Source of the DNA: a virus | DNA length: 58,623 bases | Strand: one strand, 5' to 3' | Virus record (IMG/VR): IMGVR_UViG_3300005471_000003 | Coordinates: 1 to 58,623 of that record | In this document: piece after piece, positions 54,951-58,623 of the stretch | Numbering within the stretch: position 1 is the stretch's first letter | Layout: the number at the start of each line of letters is the position of its first letter | Notes under the pieces: model-generated | The model's input: only the letters and a program-made list of their open reading frames with translations | Databases searched by the model: none | What the model was told of the DNA's origin: nothing | Made by a program: the position numbers and the translations under genes

Positions 54951-55648
54951 GAGCGCGAGGTGGATCACAATCCAGCATCGCAAACCGTGCCGTGCGCTTA
55001 TCACATGGCCAAACCATGAGCCTCTATTTCGACATCGAAACCGCCGCCCTGTCAGAATCCGAACTCCAAGCCATCATGCCGGAGTTTGAAGCGCCGGCGA
55101 ATTACCGCGATGAAGCGAAGATCAAAGCTGCTATTGAAGAAAAGCGCAAGGCATGGCTGGAAGATGCCGCGCTCGATCCATTGACAGGTCGTGTGTTGTG
55201 CATCGGGCTGCTCCTGGGTGACAAGTTCACGGTGTTGGACAATCCAAGCGAGGCGCTTTTGCTTAGTGAATTTTGGGGTCGGTGCGTCATACCTGGCCGG
55301 CGAATGATTGGGTTTAATGTCTGCCAGTTTGATCTTCGGTTTTTACTGGCTCGCGCTTGGAAGCATGGCCTGAACCCGCAACACGTTCGGAAAGGCCGAT
55401 ACTGGTCTGATGACTTTGTGGACTTGCGCGACGTGTGGCAATGTGGCGATAGACAAGCGCACGGTTCACTGGACTCCATCGCGAAACATTTCGGAGTGGG
55501 CCAGAAAACCGGGAACGGCAAAGACTTTGCAAAACTTTGTGAGACTGACCGCGAAAAGGCTCTTGAATATCTCAGGAACGATTTGATGCTGACGAAGGCC
55601 ATCGCCGAGCGCATGGGCATTGTAACTGTGGAGGAAGATAATTTGTGA
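54947..55648 (+). CDS. DEDD-type 3'-5' exonuclease (PolB-exonuclease-like)
   Basis: ExoI YFDIETAAL, ExoII IGFNVCQFDLRFLL, ExoIII EYLRNDLMLT. Alternative start at 55017 (MSLYFDIET). Confidence 0.7.
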   Translation: MRARGGSQSSIANRAVRLSHGQTMSLYFDIETAALSESELQAIMPEFEAPANYRDEAKIKAAIEEKRKAWLEDAALDPLTGRVLCIGLLLGDKFTVLDNPSEALLLSEFWGRCVIPGRRMIGFNVCQFDLRFLLARAWKHGLNPQHVRKGRYWSDDFVDLRDVWQCGDRQAHGSLDSIAKHFGVGQKTGNGKDFAKLCETDREKALEYLRNDLMLTKAIAERMGIVTVEEDNL

Positions 55649-55781
55649 ACATCCAATACAGCGAAGAACAAATAGAGCTTGTGAAAGCAAAGCAAAGTGA
55701 GATTCACGAGCAAACCGTCGTGGAAAGACCAAGAAGCAGCTAACGACCAAGCTCAGGCGCGGCGGGCAAACCTCTGACGAT

Positions 55782-55967
55782 ATGAAGCCGGACGAACAGA
55801 ATCAAAACGAAGGCAAGCCGTTGCCTGCAGCGCGTGGTTCGGCGGCAAATGCGGCTCGCCGAAGGAGAATCCGAAGTCGTGCACTCGAACTGCTGGCTGT
55901 GGCCGGATACATCCCCAAGCCGAGGCTTCGGCAGGCCATGAGAATTGCAGCCCGATGTGAAGACTGA
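55782..55967 (+). CDS. hypothetical small basic protein
   Basis: 61-aa ORF preceded by the repeated element CAAGCTCA...AACCTCTGACGATATG. Confidence 0.35.
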   Translation: MKPDEQNQNEGKPLPAARGSAANAARRRRIRSRALELLAVAGYIPKPRLRQAMRIAARCED

Positions 55968-56008
55968 CAGCCGCCGAACGACCGAACTGAGCCACCGGCG
56001 AGCAAACC

Positions 56009-56266
56009 ATGAGCATACCCCAACCCAACGGCAAACCACCAGGCGCGTCCCGGTTGGCTCGAGTGAGCTTGTTCTGTCGCTTCGTCGCCAAAGTGAAAAT
56101 CATTGCGCGTCCTTGGGCCTGTCCGCACTCCCATACTTTTCATGTGCCGCTGCCCAAACAGACGCAGTGGTATAGCTTCGGGAAACCAATGGGACCGCAT
56201 GACAGTCTTGAACTGGTCGGCTGCTACGTGTGCGGGAAGGTCTGGTGCCGCGACTGGAAATCGTGA
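56009..56266 (+). CDS. hypothetical Cys/His protein
   Basis: 85-aa ORF: CPHSH...CYVCGKVWC. Confidence 0.35.
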   Translation: MSIPQPNGKPPGASRLARVSLFCRFVAKVKIIARPWACPHSHTFHVPLPKQTQWYSFGKPMGPHDSLELVGCYVCGKVWCRDWKS

Positions 56267-56379
56267 GCACGTGGAAAAGCGACAGAACGCAAAGCTGAGA
56301 GACGCCGGGGAGAGCGGCGTCGAACAACACTGAAACGCAATCCCGGCGTTCTCTCCAGCGCCGGGTTAGGAATCCGATT

Positions 56380-56757
56380 ATGGCAAAACTGACAATCAAC
56401 ATCGCATCCGTGAAAGTGATGCGCTCACACGACTACTGTCACTTCGAGGTGAATCTCGCGGCCAATGTGGACTGCCCGCCAGACTCTCCCGAATGGTTTC
56501 AACAGGTGGACAACCTGAGAAAGAACGCGGCGCGTCTGGCAGACAAGGCCGTCGCGCAATACAAGGTCGCCAAGGCCGCACACCAAGCCGAGGAAAGCTC
56601 GTGGGACTCCATGCGCTACGCGGCGGAAAACGCGGAGAGAACGCCGGAGGCTGAACGCACGCCGGAAGAGAAGGCAGCAATCAAGGCACTGGCCGATGCT
56701 CGGTTCGCGCAACGGCACTACGACTACCAGGATGACTGGGATGACCAAGATTCCTAA
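56380..56757 (+). CDS. hypothetical protein
   Basis: 125-aa ORF preceded by the hairpin cccggcg...cgccggg (56342-56365). Confidence 0.5.
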   Translation: MAKLTINIASVKVMRSHDYCHFEVNLAANVDCPPDSPEWFQQVDNLRKNAARLADKAVAQYKVAKAAHQAEESSWDSMRYAAENAERTPEAERTPEEKAAIKALADARFAQRHYDYQDDWDDQDS

Positions 56758-56784
56758 CGCAGACTTCAGCGATCCGCGCCGGGC

Positions 56785-57720
56785 GTGACGCTGTGCGACA
56801 CCGAAAACTTTATGACACCAACGACAATCGAAACGGAGAAAGATGGCGCGGATTCGCTGCAAGGATTGGTTCTCCATCGTCAAATTCAAGAAATCGCAAA
56901 GAAATGTGTCCCCACTTCTTTCGACTTCGGGGACGCGCTCAAACCTGACTACGTGGTGAAATGCTCCTACGGCAACGACTCAATCGCGCTGCTGCAATGG
57001 ATGCACGAATACAACCAAAAGCATCCGCTCGGCAAAGTGGTCGTGCTCTACAACAACACCGGATGGGCAACGAAGTGGTGGCCTGCTCGCGTGGCGAACG
57101 GTGAAAAGCTCGTCCGGTCAATGGGCTTCCTGACATCAAACACTGACTGCCTCGGCATGGAAGAAATGATAATGCAGCACGGTGGCTGGCCTGACCAAAT
57201 GCGGAAATTCTGCACGGAAGAACTCAAAATAATCCCGACTCTGAACTGGCTGCGACTGCACGACCCGGAAGGCAAAGCGGAAATGGTCTGCGGTGTGCGC
57301 CGTGAAGAAAGCGACCGCCGCGCAAGCTGGCCTGAATACGTCGAGAACGGGATAGACGAAGGCCGCTCAATGTGGAGTCCGCTGGTGCTGGTGACTGAGC
57401 AAGAGCGCAACGAGCTAATCCGCCGCGCCGGATGGCAACCACTGCCGCACCGCTCGCGGGAGTGCCGCTGCATCAATGCAAACTCCGCCGACCTGAAAAC
57501 GTGGTCTGAAGATGACGTGTCCGATGTGGAGAAAATCGAGGCGCGACTGGCGGCGAAATATCCCGGCAAGGTCAAATTCATGTTCCATCCGAAGGCGAAG
57601 CGCGGCAACCCCGAAGGTATCCGTGCGGTAATCGAATGGGCAAAAACGGTGAAACCAAAGAAAAACGATGAATACGAAAAACCTGATGGCGGCTGCGACT
57701 CCGGCTATTGCACGGGGTGA
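56785..57720 (+). CDS. PAPS-reductase-like PP-loop ATP pyrophosphatase, paralog 2
   Basis: PP-loop variant CSYGNDSIALLQW. Cys motifs ECRC and a C-terminal CDSGYC (paralog 1 has CQSGFC). Alternative start at ATG 56812. Confidence 0.75.
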   Translation: MTLCDTENFMTPTTIETEKDGADSLQGLVLHRQIQEIAKKCVPTSFDFGDALKPDYVVKCSYGNDSIALLQWMHEYNQKHPLGKVVVLYNNTGWATKWWPARVANGEKLVRSMGFLTSNTDCLGMEEMIMQHGGWPDQMRKFCTEELKIIPTLNWLRLHDPEGKAEMVCGVRREESDRRASWPEYVENGIDEGRSMWSPLVLVTEQERNELIRRAGWQPLPHRSRECRCINANSADLKTWSEDDVSDVEKIEARLAAKYPGKVKFMFHPKAKRGNPEGIRAVIEWAKTVKPKKNDEYEKPDGGCDSGYCTG

Positions 57721-57970
57721 GATGGAGAACGACCAAGCTCACGCATGAGTGCCGCCTCACTGACAACCGAATTGCCCGAACCGCTCGCGCGGCACTCATT
57801 GCGTGCAGCGCCGGGTTCTGTGGCGAACGTCCATTTCTCAAGTGCGACCGATCAAGCTCACCGACCGCCAACCTCTGACGTATGAAAGAGAAAACTCCAA
57901 GGCCCAACCGAGACGCAATTGGCGGTTCGGTGCAGCGCTTGGTTCGGCGAATCAAACAACCGCAACCGAA

Positions 57971-58321
57971 ATGAGCGACATCCCTGAGAAACTGCATCCA
58001 GCGATGCACGCAAGCGCACCTCCGGGACACAAGTGCTCCGACTGCTCCATTGACCGCGAACCATGTCCAGACTGTTACATGGCATGGTGGAAGCTAAAGC
58101 ATCCGCATCATGTCAGGCGTGAATTTAACCGCGTCGGACACCCAGAGCTTCCAACAAAACCAGATGTGCTCGAAATTGCCCGTTGGCTCCGCGATAAGGC
58201 CGTCTGGGAAGAACTCCAGCAGCACGGTCGCGAGATGGATGCTCGCGCATGGGCAGCAACGTGCCTGAAAACCGCAGCAGAAGATCTTGAACGAACGCAT
58301 CCAAATTCGCCGAACGACTGA
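57971..58321 (+). CDS. hypothetical Cys/His protein
   Basis: MSDIPEKLHP...HKCSDCSIDREPCPDCY. ATG 57971 overlaps the stop of a 30-codon upstream ORF (57882-57974). Confidence 0.45.
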   Translation: MSDIPEKLHPAMHASAPPGHKCSDCSIDREPCPDCYMAWWKLKHPHHVRREFNRVGHPELPTKPDVLEIARWLRDKAVWEELQQHGREMDARAWAATCLKTAAEDLERTHPNSPND

Positions 58322-58322
58322 G

Positions 58323-58623
58323 ATGAGAGACGGCGCGACCATGACGTTTGGATTCGAGAGAGACGCAATCGCGCCGTTCTCTCCATCGAATGGTTCTGCG
58401 TCGTTGTCTCTCGTGCCCGTGAAAAGAAGTGACGAAGAAATGCTCCGCAATATGCAAATCCACTACTCGCAACCGCTCGGATTCGTGGGCAGGAATATCT
58501 GCTACGCCATCGTCTGCGGTGGAATGTGCTACGGCTCAATCGTGGGCGGCTCTGCAACTCGCTTTCTGCCGGGGCGCGAAGTGGTCGGAAGCCTGAACAA
58601 CGGCGTGAACAACATCTTCTACC
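58323..58623 (+). CDS. N-terminal part of the junction-spanning DUF4338-like protein (continues at 121-458 of the circular molecule)
   Basis: ATG 58323 (or 58341), in frame with track ORF 21..458 through the 120-nt overlap. Confidence 0.55.
   Translation, partial: MRDGATMTFGFERDAIAPFSPSNGSASLSLVPVKRSDEEMLRNMQIHYSQPLGFVGRNICYAIVCGGMCYGSIVGGSATRFLPGREVVGSLNNGVNNIFY
58504..58623. repeat. Terminal direct repeat copy 2 (identical to 1-120)
   Basis: Exact 120-nt match to the window start. Confidence 0.9.

Overview
The window is a complete tailed-phage genome. Its first 120 nt (1-120) are identical to its last 120 nt (58504-58623), and an ORF reads straight through that junction, so the unique length is about 58.5 kb and the contig closes into a circle. 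The genome has two divergent modules that start from a control region at 50396-51056. The plus-strand early/DNA-metabolism module runs 51057 through the junction to about 11100. It encodes a recombination protein carrying a LAGLIDADG intein, a DEDD exonuclease, two PAPS-reductase-like PP-loop proteins, a DUF4338-like protein, an SF2 helicase, a Toprim primase, a DHH phosphoesterase, an XRE regulator, HNH endonucleases and a Gly/Ser/Tyr/Asp hexamer-repeat protein. The minus-strand morphogenesis module runs from 50395 down to 11829. It encodes fibre proteins, Endo VII, large structural proteins including a 1612-aa protein, an intein-containing large terminase, a glycosyltransferase cluster, portal, scaffold, capsid, more fibres, a hybrid histidine-kinase cassette and a lipoprotein/membrane trio. 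Plus-strand selfish or moron genes interrupt the minus-strand module, and four of them share a conserved leader. The most unusual feature is the terminase intein: its endonuclease gene (zinc ribbons, NP repeats, DUF559-type nuclease) lies in the +1 frame, overprinted on a stop-free low-complexity intein linker. No rRNA, tRNA, CRISPR array, reverse transcriptase, DNA polymerase or recognisable endolysin was seen. All domain calls come from motifs read by eye in the supplied translations. No database search or structure prediction was run.
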